Shown here: positions 42,307 through 61,797 of the stretch, in pieces
Position numbering within the stretch: the first letter of the stretch is position 1
How the letters are laid out: every line of letters begins with the position of its first letter
Assembly: GCF_009914755.1 (NCBI RefSeq)
Contig: NC_060943.1
DNA: 64,000 bases
Source: the human T2T-CHM13v2.0 reference genome, Homo sapiens
Reading direction: 5' to 3' (one strand)
Notes under the pieces: generated by a model
Database searches by the model: none
What the model was told of the DNA's origin: nothing
The model's input: the letters and a program-made list of their open reading frames with translations, nothing else
Translations under genes and position numbers: made by a program

Positions 42307-45226
42307 CTGTAGGTGAAGGTGGAAAGAAGTTTAGTGAAACAGGAAATACAACCAGCACTGACCTGGGTGTGTGGCACTAGAACTGCTCTCAGCCTTTGGC
42401 AGGCAGGCAGGGCCCTGGCCAAGGACTCCCCACCCTGACCCCGTGTCTCCCTGTGGGGGCACTCTGGCCCTTTATGCTGCAAGCTAGTAACCAGATGCCT
42501 CCAAGAGCTCCAGGACTGGTTTATGGGGTCATCCCTGGGCTGTCTGTCCGGTCAATCAGTCTCACTGTCCAGCACAATATGGGGCACCAGAACTGGGCCG
42601 ACATGCTGATTCGAGTGACTCAGATTGTCTCTATGGCTAGAGACCCCACACACTGTGAAGAGGGGGGCCAGACACTGTTCTAACTGCTTTATATGTTTTC
42701 ACATCGCCGTCCTCCCCACAACCCTAGGAAGTGAGGTGTCATTATTATGTCATTGTTACCATATTTCAGATGAAAAGGCCACAGCGCAGAGGGGCTAGGG
42801 AACTTGTCCCAGGCCACATGGTTAGTAGCTTCAGGGCCTAGATTGAACTCATTCTCAGAACCATTCGGGCTCTGCCACCTTCAGGATGGGAAAGGGGGAA
42901 ACCCAGAGAGAGGAGGCGAAGCTGCGGCCCCTAGGAGCCAGGGGACAGTGAGCAGGGGAGGCAGCGCAGGTGGCCTTCAGGATCCGTGGTCTGGAGGCCG
43001 GGAGGACGGAGCAGGTTCTGAGGGAAGAACCGCAGAGGGAGGGGAAAGTGGATGATGGAAGGATTGAAGAGATGGGGCTGGAGGAGGAGAAAGAAGAGGA
43101 AAAGGAGTAGAGAAAGAAGGCGGGAGGAGGATGTTGAGCGAACAAGGATGCAGGTGTTCTGGGTGGGGGCAGGAATAAGTAGAGTGGCCTTGGTTTTCTC
43201 TGACCTGGGAGGTTGCTGAGACTGTGAGGCTGGCATTAGGGGTCTCAGGAGGCGGCTACTGGACACCAGGGAAAGCCAGCCAGAGCACCTGGAGGAGGTG
43301 TTCGGAGTTTGCACAGGTGATGGTCCACCAGGCTGGAGGCCAGGCCGGGCAGGTCTGCCCCTGCCCCTGGCTCAGGCATCAGTGGGGCAGTGGCGGCTGC
43401 AGAGGGGGTCGGGAGTGTGAGAATGTGCTGAGATGAGGTCTGGAGGCAGTGAAGATAGGATGATGGGAGGAGGAGGAAGGAGGAAGGCTGGCCAACAGGG
43501 CAAAAATGGGTTCTAGACACGGCTCTGGGGAGGTCAGGAGGCTGCTGTGGCTGCACAGGTGTGGCACCCTGTGCTTGGGATGTTACCTGGGTGACCTCAC
43601 CAACTTAGCTCCATTCTGTGACTCAGAGAGGGGTCCTGCCCCCGTGGTTCTGCCAGCGCCTCTGTGCATTCGTCAAGGCTCTGGGGACGTTGCATGAACA
43701 GGAAGCCCTCCTGTAGTTGAGTCCACACCCTGTGCCCTCACCCCATTCTTGGGTTGTGGTCAGAGACGGAGCCAGGAGACCAAGATCTCAGAGGTGGCGT
43801 CATCCTGGGGGATGGCTCATCTAGGGTGTGTCCTGGGCAGCATGGAGGGCAGGTGATGGACAGGTCATCATGGGGCAGGGAGCAGGATGGAGTCAGCCCC
43901 CTGAGCTCACCCAGCCCTACCTCCTCTGATAATGGGGCCCTGAGCCATCTTGGTTTGCCTTGGGGAACCTCGGGCTCACACAGGTCAAGAAGCTTGTCTA
44001 GGGTCACCCTGCAAGTTGTCATGATTAGTTGTAGTCACCTTTGAACCCTGGGGTTGAACAGGGCCTCATAGGACCGCTTCAGTCAGAGGATGGGGCTTCC
44101 CCCTCCTAGGAGCCCCTCTGGAAGGCTGATAGCTCAGGGAGTACCCGTTGGGAAAACCAGCACCCCAGGCTGACTGGTCTCACGGCTCCCTCAGCAGGAC
44201 CAGGCTGGAACCCTAGGGCTTTGTCAAGCGGCACTCCTTGGCCTGGGGAGAGGCAAGACTTCAAAGGGCGTCTGGAACCGGAATGCGGTTCCGTGTTACT
44301 GCCGGGATGGGGAAGGAGTAAAGAATGATTCCGAGGGAGCTCTGAGCGTCCTCTGGGTGCTGGCAGTCTGGCGGGGGTCACAGGAGAAATTGCGGCGATG
44401 TGTGCGGTGGGAGAGACTGACAGCGGCCTCTGCGGGGTGGGGGTGCGGGGTGAGCCTGATGCATTGGAGAACTGAGCAGGCTGCTACGCCTGGCTGTGGG
44501 TGCGGGTGCCGAAAGCGTGGACACCAGGGGATTCTGTTGGGAATAAGCTGGCTCACATGATGGGGATCTCGATGTTCTGGGAGGGGAAATGAGCCAGGTG
44601 GGAGCGGGGTCGTGATGGAGAGTGGTGGAGAGCCCAGAGAGTGGGGGAGGAAGGGATGGAGTCAGCGCTGGGTGGTACAAAGAAGACCCCTCAGGACCCG
44701 AGATGGGATGGATCAGGGGTGGGATGGGGAAGGAGCCTGGGGAGATGGTCCAGGCAGGAGGGGAGTAGGGAAAGGACTGAGGTGAGAGGTAGGTGTGGTG
44801 ATTGGAGGCAGGAGCACCTTGGAGCCATCTGGGTGGGACAGTGTTGAGAACTGGGGACCCTGGGCTGGCTCGTAGCTGTCAACGCGAGGCATCTACCTGC
44901 TGGAATGGAGAGGGAGAAGGGGGACGGGAGGCATTCGGCTTCCTGTCTTAGGGCCTTGACTGCCTGCTGCTACCTGATGGAGCAGCAGTCCCCCACCTGC
45001 CCCTTATCGGAAAAAGCAGCGTTAGCCCGGACACAGGCACACGGAGGATCCCCACCACCACCACGACGCATCGCTGGCTGGGCATTAAGAAGAAACATCA
45101 GCAACAGCATACCATTATTCGTGGCTTAGACACTGGGAGGTAGGGGTGGATAACCGAGACCCGGGGCTCCGCGAGACAAAAAGATGCAGGATCACTGCAT
45201 CTTCAGAGGAAGCCGCGCTGGGGCAG

Positions 45227-45280
45227 TCAGATTTTGCCGGCGAAAATCCCGTTCTTGATCTGCTCGTTCCAGCTCTCCAC
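45227..45280 (-). CDS. COX6B2: COX6B2 last coding exon ([17 protein letters not shown])
   Basis: cccag|GTG; TGA at 45227-45229; COX6B C-terminus. Confidence 0.94.
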   Translation of the reverse strand: MESWNEQIKNGIFAGKI

Positions 45281-45371
45281 CTGGGAAGCAGAAAGGCAGG
45301 GAGCGGGACGCCGGCTCAGCCTCGGCCGAGCCCTGCACACGCCTGGCCCGGCGCCCCCTCTGCCGACTCAC

Positions 45372-45472
45372 CCAGCTGATGGGGCACAGCGAGTGGTACA
45401 CGCGGAAATAGTACTCGCAGGGCTGCGTGCTCTTCCCGCGGCGGGTCCTGGTCTTGAGGCAGCGGTGGTAGT
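45372..45472 (-). CDS. COX6B2: COX6B2 coding exon 2 (DYHRCLK...[16 protein letters not shown])
   Basis: cacag|AC, TGG|gtgagt; COX6B cysteine pattern. Confidence 0.95.
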
Positions 45473-45915
45473 CTGTGGCGGGCGGGGGTCACGCGGCAAG
45501 CCACGCCCATTCCAGGACAGGACCCGCCCCTCCACTGCTCGGGCCCTCCCAGTTCTTCGCTGCTTCGTCCCGCCTCCCTCTCCCCTGGAGGCCTCCGTCC
45601 CGCCCCTCCCAGCCAGGCCCCGACCCCTACCTCCCTCACACTGCTCCTCCTACCCAGACCCTGCCCCTACCTACCTCGCCCCGCACCTTCACGACTCGGC
45701 CCCGCACCTTCCAGATCAGGCCTCGCCCCTACCAACCTCGCCCCGCCCCTCCAGGCTCAGCCCCGCCTTTTCTCGACCAGGCCCCGCCCCCACCAACCCG
45801 GCCCCGCCCGGCCTCCCACCCTAACGGTCTCCGCGGGACTTAGGGTGGGAGTGCCCCTCCCTGCCGTCCCTTGTCACACCCTGCTCCTCCCATAACCTGG
45901 CTGAGCAGGTCTCAC

Positions 45916-46027
45916 CCAGGAAGTTCTGGTAGCAGTTACGGATCTGGTTCTGGCTGGGGAAGCGCGGGTCGAAGGGCGGCGTCGACCATTTCCCCTTGGG
46001 GGGCTCCTGGGCTTCCACATCCAACAT
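45916..46027 (-). CDS. COX6B2: COX6B2 first coding exon ([37 protein letters not shown]); total 88 aa
   Basis: FDPRFPxQNQ motif; G|gtgag; acceptor at 46045. Confidence 0.95.
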
Positions 46028-46155
46028 CCACGAAGGAGGCAACTCCTGCGAGACGGGACGGGACGGGGACTCCGTGGGGCCGAGGGGGCGCCCTCGCTCC
46101 GACCCGTCTCCCCATCCTGACCCCCGCCCCTGAACCCCACCCGTCGTGCCCTCAC

Positions 46156-46400
46156 CAGCCTGACGTTGGCGGCCACTGGATCTGCTGTGGGATGGTCCCG
46201 GGGTGCCGCTCGCTTCTGAGTCCGCGGGGTGCGGTCCCACCCGGGTCAGGAGAAACGCACCCCGCGGCCGGATTGGCTAGGACGCCCGAGCCCCAGCCAA
46301 TGGGAGCCGTCGTGCACCGCGGGGCTGGTAGGGGCGCCCCCACCCCACCCCTTGCTCCCCCGACGCCCCCTCGGGGGCCTGCGCGTGCACACAGGCACCG
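46156..46400 (-). promoter_or_regulatory. COX6B2: COX6B2 non-coding exon 1 (donor after 46156) and CpG-rich promoter
   Basis: CTG|gtgagg donor; ATTGG at ~46272 and CCAAT at ~46297; RCGTG at 46383. Confidence 0.65.
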
Positions 46401-46411
46401 AGGTGCGACTC

Positions 46412-46522
46412 GCTGAGTCTCAGGCTCAAGCTTTAATCTCTGCGAAGTTGGGCGGCTCCACGGGCTCGCCCCCGCCCCCCCCCGCCCCCCAATATATAAA
46501 GGCATATCCATAGTTCTGGTAT
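46412..46522 (-). other. GARIN5B: GARIN5B non-coding last exon with ATTAAA (46432-46437)
   Basis: Acceptor ccccctctggtag| at 46522; upstream donor CAG|gtaccc after 46766. Confidence 0.55.
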
Positions 46523-46805
46523 CTACCAGAGGGGGCAAATCCCCCCAAGCGGCTTTCAACATTCCGCTTCCTACAGTCGGTGCGCACAGAACCCTCGGGG
46601 CCTGTGGGGTTAAGAGGAAAGAGCAGCGGTGGGGTCCGGGCTCCTGGGAACCCCCCCGCCCCCCTCGTCCTCCCCCCTCCGTTACCCGCCCCCCCCACCC
46701 TCCTCCCTCGCCCCCCTCCCCCCGCCCCCAGGTCTAAGGCAGATCTCCAGGGTCTTAAAGGGTACCTGGCAGCGCTGGGCTCCTCTGGACAGTTTCCAAC
46801 TGAGG

Positions 46806-46851
46806 TTAAGCCCCCGCATCCGGCCACTCGGAGTGCTGGGAGTGCTGCAGG
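46806..46851 (-). CDS. GARIN5B: GARIN5B last coding exon (SLQHSQHSEWPDAGA*)
   Basis: ccctgcag|C in phase 2 with the large exon; TAA at 46806-46808. Confidence 0.8.
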
Positions 46852-47209
46852 CTGCAGGGAGAAAGCAAGCCAGAGAGAGCTTTGGGGGACAGGGTAGGGA
46901 GAGAGGGGTACCCAGGGCTTTAAGAGCTGCAGATGCCTGGCTTAGGAGAGCGTCCCCCAGGGCGGGTCTTGCTGTGTGTTTGGCTCACTGTTGTATCTGC
47001 CTGGGGCAGAGTCTGGCAGTAGTAAATGCACAATAAATCCGAGGCGGAATCAATGAGTCTTGGCTCTAGGGGCAGACAAGTAACTGGAATCTGGGCAGGT
47101 GGTTTCACCTCTAGATCCCTGCTAAGCTTCTCTCCCTCCTGCCTGGTTAATATCAGGCCTGACTCAGGATTGTTCACACTGACAGCCAAATGTACGAATT
47201 AAGAATCCC

Positions 47210-49601
<2,392 letters not shown>

Positions 49602-49649
49602 TCATAAACAGCAGAGCTCACAGTAAATAATAGCTGCTAACCCCCGCTA

Positions 49650-52439
<2,790 letters not shown>

Positions 52440-52442
52440 TTA

Positions 52443-52718
<276 letters not shown>

Positions 52719-52764
52719 TTAGACAGGGGCAGCCCCTTGGGCCCACACCACCCCGCCGGCTCAC

Positions 52765-52829
52765 CTTGGCCTTCCTCTGTCTCTGAGCGGCCACCGTCTT
52801 ATGCGGAAAGTTGCGCTCAGCAACCCTGA
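52765..52829 (-). CDS. GARIN5B: GARIN5B exon 5
   Basis: cccag|TC, AAG|gtgagc; 65 nt. Confidence 0.8.
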
Positions 52830-53000
52830 CTGGGAAGAGAGGAGACATCCTGGGTCAGGGACCCCAGGGGAGGGCACGAGGACCTACCCCAGGAGCTTGT
52901 GGAGGGCCCCACCAAGGAAGGGGGAAGAGCCAAAGGGTGCAGCTCTGTCCCTGCGACGGGGAGAACCCAGAGGTCCTGACAAACAGCAGGGCCTGCTCAC

Positions 53001-53025
53001 CTGCATGTCTGCTGATGGGCTGGTC
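53001..53025 (-). CDS. GARIN5B: GARIN5B 25-nt microexon (DQPISRHA)
   Basis: ctgcag|GAC, G|gtgagc; needed for frame. Confidence 0.75.
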
Positions 53026-53124
53026 CTGCAGAGATAGAGGGAGGCAGGAGGGGCCCGGGCTTCCACATCTCCATAACCTACCCAGCCAGAGGCCTAGGCC
53101 CCCTCCTGCTCCCAGGACCTGACG

Positions 53125-54644
<1,520 letters not shown>

Positions 54645-54861
54645 TCACGGGTGCCTGGAGCTCAGCGTTACAGAGCGTGGAGATGCCCCAGGCTGGGAGA
54701 CTCGGGCCTCCGCCATGGCCCTGCCAGGGTGGACAGCAGGGGTCTGGGGGAGGAGCCTCTGGTGGAGGGGCTTTGTGACCTCATCGGACACACAGGGGCC
54801 TCTTCCAGGAACTCTCCGGGGACTGTGGGCTCCCTTCTCCTCCAGGGATACAGCCTGGAGT

Positions 54862-55332
54862 TTTTTGTTTGTTTGTTTGTTTTTTGTTTTTTGAGATGGA
54901 ATTTCACTCTTGTTGCCCAGGCAGTGAGCTTAGATTGCCACACTGCACTCCAGCCTAGGCAACAGAGCGAGACTCCATCGCAAAAACAAACAGCCCTATG
55001 CAGTGCGGGGCCCCAGGCGAGGCTCAGACCCTGCCTCCACGGAGGAGGCACGATCACCCAGACAGCTCTGTGGAGGCAGGGTCTGAGCCTCGCCTGGGGC
55101 CCCGCACTGCCTAGGGCTGTTTGTGATGTGATCTCGGCTCACCGCAACCCCCGTCTCCTGGGTTCGAGCGATTCTCCTGCCTCAGCCTTCCGAGTAGCTG
55201 GATTGTATTTTTAGTAGAGACAGGGTTTCTCCATGTTGGTCAGGCTGGCCTTGAACTCCTGACCTCAAGTGATCCACCCGCCTCAGCCTCCCAAAGTGCT
55301 GGGATTACAGGCGTGAGCCACCGCGCCCAGCC
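54862..55332 (-). mobile_element. Alu disrupted by a ~205-bp templated insertion (54921-55126) and an internal deletion
   Basis: Alu text breaks after ttgcccagg and resumes at tgtgatctcggctcaccgc. Confidence 0.88.
54986..55124. repeat. Inverted repeat: 55-bp arms (54986-55040, 55070-55124), 1 mismatch, 29-nt spacer
   Basis: Arms checked base by base. Confidence 0.93.
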
Positions 55333-55888
55333 AGCCTGGAGTCTTGAGGGCTATGATGGGTGAATCAAAACTCCGGGCCCAGGATGGGCACCTCCAACCC
55401 CAGACTCAAACTAGTGACGACACGGGGCCCCTGGAAGTCTGTCTGGGTTATTGTAAAGGGAAAAGTAACTAAAGCATTTGAATTATCATCCCTACTCTGC
55501 CATTGACCCTTCTCTAGGCCCTGGGTAAGACCCAAATCCTTACTGAACCTGTTTCTCCATATCTCATGTGTGTGCATGTGGCGAGGATTCCTCAACACCG
55601 ACTTGCAAAGAGAGCTTTGGGAAAGAGCCAGACACGGCGCAGAATCCCACTTCCACCTCTCCCTAGCTGTGTGACTTTGTGCAACAGAGTCCCCACTCCT
55701 TGTCTGAGACTCAGTTTCCCTCGCCTGTAAAACAGGGCGTATTCAAGAGTCCAGGAGGATTGTGTAAGTAAAAAGCCCACACTTAGTGCACAGCCCTGAC
55801 AGGCTCAATCAGCGGTCAACTTTGTCCCCTCCTGAGGGCTTATTTTTGGAGAGGAGGAGGCTGATATTCTGTTATTCTAAAAATAGTG

Positions 55889-55894
55889 TTTATT
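55889..55894 (-). terminator. IL11: IL11 distal polyA signal AATAAA (alternatives: AATAAA 56526-56531, ATTAAA 57059-57064)
   Basis: Would give a ~2.4-kb mRNA, consistent with the known long IL11 transcript. Confidence 0.7.
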
Positions 55895-56542
55895 ATTTTT
55901 AAAATGTGTCATGCAAAATACACAGTCATGGCAGAAATTCTGTAAAATACAGACAATCATACACATTAAAAGTCACCCACAATCCCACCTCTCTCCTTTG
56001 ACCTGGAGACAGTCATTGTCAACATTTTGGCGTATTTCCCTTTAGGATTTTTGTTTTAATCCATATATAGAAAGAAAAACACAAAATTGGGATCACAGCA
56101 TGCAGTGGTTTTGTAGCCTGCTGTTTCATGTCAGGACATCATTCTTTCTTTTTTGAGACAGGGTTTTGCCATGTCTCGCAGGCCGGTCTCAAACTCTTGG
56201 ACTTCAGTGATCCACTCGCTTCGTCCTCCCAAAGTGCCAGGATTACAGGCGTGAGCCACCATGCCTGGCCAATGTCAGGATATCTTTCTATATCCCAAGC
56301 AAGCCTCTCTCCTTAGCCTCCCTGAATGACAGTCCCTGCTCCGGGCGGCTGGGTGGTGTTCTATCCACAGATGCACCATGTTGCTTAACCCTCACTGTTG
56401 GATATCTAGATTGTTTCCAGTTTGCTATGGTGAACACAGCCATAATGAACCATCTTGACCTTGCAGCTTTGTCCCATACGGGTACTGTTGATCACAGGGT
56501 GACTTGTGGAACCTTCCATTAAATATTTATTGAAGACCTATG

Positions 56543-56849
<307 letters not shown>

Positions 56850-57159
56850 GGCCCTATGCAGTGCGGGGCCCCAGGCAAGGCTCAGACCCTGCCTCCACAG
56901 AGCTGTCTGGGTGACCGACCCATCTCCCAGTCGCTGCCCCGCCCACTCGGGACCTCCACCTGAATGGAGGTCTCCCCTCCACCTGCCCTGCCCCAGTTAC
57001 CCAAGCATCCAGCCCCAGCTCTCAGACAAATCGCCCTCAAGTGGATATGTATGACACATTTAATTCCCTGTTCTCTGTCTCACAAAGGTTTCTCACATTT
57101 TTGTACAAAAACCCAGGCTTCCCTTTCCCCTCCGTCCCCACCCCAACATGAAAAGTAAT

Positions 57160-57452
57160 TGCTTAAATAAATAATATATGTTCCTGCCCAGGCCTAGATG
57201 GGGAAGAGCCAGGGCAGAAGTCTGTGGACAGACTTCTTGGAGACCCAAGAATCCGGGACCCCAGTCCCCTCCTCCTCGGGGACCCAGGAGTCCACCTGCC
57301 TCCCACCCCTGCTCCTGAAATAAATAAGTATAAATAAGGCACAGATGTCCCCCAGGCCTCACGGAAGGACTTTCTCTAACTAGGGGGAGATAATGGCGGG
57401 GGGATCACCTGGCTGTTTCGCCCCCAGTACTGAAATAAATAAATAAATAAGA
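57160..57452 (-). promoter_or_regulatory. IL11: IL11 3'UTR AU-rich elements (overlapping AUUUA clusters at ~57164, ~57318, ~57433)
   Basis: taaataaata tracts on + strand read as UAUUUAUUUA in the mRNA. Confidence 0.8.
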
Positions 57453-57491
57453 TCTGGCTTTGGAAGGACGGTGGTGGCTTTGGGCCCCGGG

Positions 57492-57662
57492 TCACAGCCG
57501 AGTCTTCAGCAGCAGCAGTCCCCTCACGGCCCAGTCAAGTGTCAGGTGCAGCCCCCCCAGGATGGCGTGGGCGGCCCTGATGCCCCCCCAGGCTGAGGAG
57601 GGGGGCGCCAGCGGGGGCGCCGGCGGGTCCGGGGGTGGCTGGGGCAGGGCCAGGCGGGACAT
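57492..57662 (-). CDS. IL11: IL11 exon 5 (MSRLALPQPP...LLLLKTRL*)
   Basis: cacag|ATG; TGA at 57492-57494. Confidence 0.96.
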   Translation of the reverse strand: MSRLALPQPPPDPPAPPLAPPSSAWGGIRAAHAILGGLHLTLDWAVRGLLLLKTRL

Positions 57663-58014
57663 CTGTGGGGAGAGGAGAGAGGTGAGTCACAGGTAGGGGG
57701 TGCAGCGGGGGTGCAGGGCAGGGGTGCTGTGGAGCTGCAGCTGAATCGGGGCTGCATATTCACAGGGGGACTGTGGCGCGTGGGGTGAAGTGTTTAGGCC
57801 GGGAGCTCTTCAGGCTGTGGGGTTCCGAAAATGGAGGCTGGAGTCAGGACGGGCTTCCAGAGCTGAGTGTGGGGGTTGGGGGTGAAGTCTGTGGAGTCAG
57901 GGCTGGCATCTCGGTTCTAGGTGAGGGATCGGGCCTGGGACTGTTAGAGTCGCCGGGGCTGGAATCTCAGAGCTGGGTTTTTGTTGTTGTCGCTGCTGTT
58001 AGAACAATTAAGAA

Positions 58015-59261
<1,247 letters not shown>

Positions 59262-59479
59262 AATGTCATGGGGCCAGGGTCTCCAAGTCTTGAGGTGAGG
59301 ATTTGAATTCTCAAGGCTTTGGGCTTCAGGATGGGGTCTTGGGTCTTAGGGGCTGGGATCTGGGGACTTTGAGGTCATGGATGATGGAGTCTCAGGGTCT
59401 TGGGTGAGAATTTGAAGTTTCTGGGCAGGATTTGGGGGTCTAGGGCCTCAGGGTCTCAGGGCCACAGGATCTTGGGACT

Positions 59480-59605
59480 GCAGGGTCAGGGTCTCAGAGC
59501 AGGACTGTTAGGGTCAGGGTCTCAGAGCGGGGCTGTTACGGTGTCAGGGTCTCAGAGCGGGCTGTTAGGGTGTCAGGGTCTCAGAGCGGGGCTGTTGCAC
59601 TCGGG
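59480..59605 (+). repeat. ~30-bp tandem repeat (gtcagggtctcagagcggggctgtta...) x4 inside a degenerate gggtctcagg-rich tract
   Basis: Read directly. Confidence 0.8.
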
Positions 59606-59696
59606 TCTGGGGTCTCAGGCTTCAAGGACTCAGGCCACAGGATTTTGGGGCCAGGGGTGGGGGTCTGGGGTGTCAGGTCTTGGGGCCAGGACATAC

Positions 59697-59858
59697 CAGG
59701 AGCTGCAGCCGGCGCAGCAGCCGGTCCAGTCGGGCCTGCAGGGTGCCCAGCTCGGGCTCCAGGGTCTTCAGGGAAGAGCCACCTGCCCGGCGCAGCCACT
59801 GCACGTGCCGCAGGTAGGACAGTAGGTCCGCTCGCAGCCTTGTCAGCACACCTGGGAG
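59697..59858 (-). CDS. IL11: IL11 exon 4 (LPGVLTRLRADLLSYLRHVQWLRR...LQLL)
   Basis: cccag|CTC, CTG|gtatgt; 162 nt. Confidence 0.96.
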
Positions 59859-59969
59859 CTGGGGATAGAGCCGGGACATCAGAGAACACCCGACCAGTGC
59901 CCCTCATCCTCCCCGCCCCCTTCACTGCCTGCCTCCCACCTTGTCCCCAGCCCACTCCCTTGCCCTTAC

Positions 59970-60056
59970 CTGTAGAGCTCCCAGTGCCCCCGCACTCATG
60001 GCCAGGGTGGGCAGGGAATCCAGGTTGTGGTCCCCGTCAGCTGGGAATTTGTCCCT
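59970..60056 (-). CDS. IL11: IL11 exon 3 (RDKFPADGDHNLDSLPTLAMSAGALGALQ)
   Basis: gccag|AGG, CAG|gtaagg; 87 nt. Confidence 0.96.
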
Positions 60057-60255
60057 CTGGCAGGGAAAAAAGCTGTGAGGTGGCCCCTGCCCAGCCTCGG
60101 GGCTCCCTCCATCCCCCACGCCAGGCCCCCAACTCTTCCCCTCCCTCACTCTGCCACCTGAGAGCCCAGAACCCCTCCAAGTGGCTGCCCGCAGACTCCT
60201 CTCCGTTCCTCTCTGCCTCTCACTCCTGTGCTGGCCCCAGCCCAGTCTCTCCTAC

Positions 60256-60428
60256 CAGCTGTGCAGCCAGCTGCCGCGTGTCCGCCAGGAGAGAGCGGGT
60301 CAGGAGCACGGTGCTGTCCAGCTCGGCCCGAGGGTCTGGGGAAACTCGAGGGGGGCCAGGTGGTGGCCCAGGGGCGACAGCTGTATCTGGCCACAGGCTC
60401 AGCACGACCAGGACCAGGCGGCAAACAC
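60256..60428 (-). CDS. IL11: IL11 exon 2 (signal peptide, PGPPPGPPRVSPDPRAELDS...)
   Basis: cccag|GT, CTG|gtagga; 173 nt. Confidence 0.96.
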
Positions 60429-60454
60429 CTGGGGGCAGGATAAGGCAGAGAGCT

Positions 60455-60680
60455 CAGGCTGGACTCCGGGTCTGAGAGAGGAGGGCCTGGGCCTGGACTC
60501 CCGTGTCTGAGGGAGGAGGAACTGGGGTCTGGACTCCTTCTGGGTCTGAGGGAGGAGAGGCTGGGGGCCTGGACTCCTAGGTCTGAGGGAGGAAGGCCTG
60601 GGGTCTGGACTCCTGGGTCTCGGGGAGGAGGGTCTGGGGCCTGGACTCCCGGCCTTAGGGAGGATGGAGCTGGAGGTCTT
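60455..60680 (-). repeat. MSR1 array (~6 units, reverse orientation) in IL11 intron 1
   Basis: ggcctggactcctgggtctgagggaggag units. Confidence 0.88.
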
Positions 60681-60689
60681 AAGTCCCAG

Positions 60690-61600
60690 GGTGGAACGCC
60701 CGCGGGCAGGTCGCAGGGCCAGGCGGGCTTCCCTCTCCCTCCCTGGCTCTGGCTGCCCCGCCCGTCGGAGCAGACGCGGCCCGGGGCGGGTAGACGGGCC
60801 GGGCGTCTCCCGTCCGCCCCCGGACGCCGGAATCTGGGCCCCGGGGCGGGGCATGGTGGGGGAGGCACAGGCCAGAACCTGCCCCCTCCCCGGGCCGCGG
60901 GAGCCCGAGCCGGCTGGGAGCAGGGGAAGGAGCCAGAAGCCAGGACGGAGCCCGGGAGACACGGACCTCTCCCACGGGAGACCCCTTAGACGCCCTCCCA
61001 GGAGCCCCGCCGGGTGGGCGGCAGAAGCCCGGGCCGCAGCGCATCTGGGCGGAGAGGGGCAGAGCCATGGGCCCGGCCGGGCCGCGGGAGCGGGAGAGCT
61101 GGCGGCGGGGGGCGCGGGGGGCGCGGGGGGCGCGGGGGTCCGGAGCTCGCTCCCCGCAGCCCACCCCGGCCGCCCCGCCCACCCGGCCACCCGCCAGCCA
61201 ATCAGCGCTCCCCGGCCGCCCGCGCCTCGCACACCCCCAGCCCGCCCCCCGGGCCCGCCAGCCGTCGGTCTGTCCGCGCCTCCGTCGGCCGCATCTGCCC
61301 GGCTCTCCCCGCTTTCCCCCCGCGCCCAGTCTCTCTCCTCCCCCCGGCTGGGGTCGCTACTCCCTGGCTTGCTCCGCTCTCCGCGGACCCTGCCTCAGTT
61401 TCCCTCCGGAGCCTCTCTGCCGGAATCCCAGGGAGTCTCCCGGTCCCCGCGGGCTCCCTGGGGCCTGGGCCGATGGGGGTCACCTCCCTCCCGGCACCAG
61501 TCCCTGCGTCCCTGCCCCTGCTCGGTCTCCGCGTCTCGCTCCCTCTCGGGGCCCTGTCTGGCCCGTCCCTCCTGCGGCGCCTCTGATTGGCTGCCTCCAT
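60690..61600. promoter_or_regulatory. IL11: CpG island in IL11 intron 1
   Basis: Very high GC/CpG; (GGGGGCGC)n at ~61105-61138. Confidence 0.8.
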
Positions 61601-61790
61601 CCGCTCCTGTCTGTGTCTCTCTCTGCCCATCTCCTCCGCCGCCTCCTGTCTCCGAAGCTGCTCTCCTCCCCGGCTGCCTGTCTCCGGGTCCCTCTCTGTG
61701 CGACTCAGCGGGGTCTGCTCCCACCCCCGCCGTGGGTCCCTCTCCTCCCTGCCTCCCTGTCCCCTCCACCCTCCCCATGAACCAACTTAC

Positions 61791-61797
61791 AGTTCAT
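61791..61797 (-). CDS. IL11: IL11 exon 1 coding part (ATG AAC T); total CDS 600 nt = 199 aa
   Basis: ATGAACT|gtaagt; joins exon 2 to give MNCVCRLVLVVLSLW. Confidence 0.93.

Noticed and set aside
59570-60475. 301-aa + strand ORF
   Set aside because: Antisense to GC-rich IL11 exons 2-4; no independent gene signals
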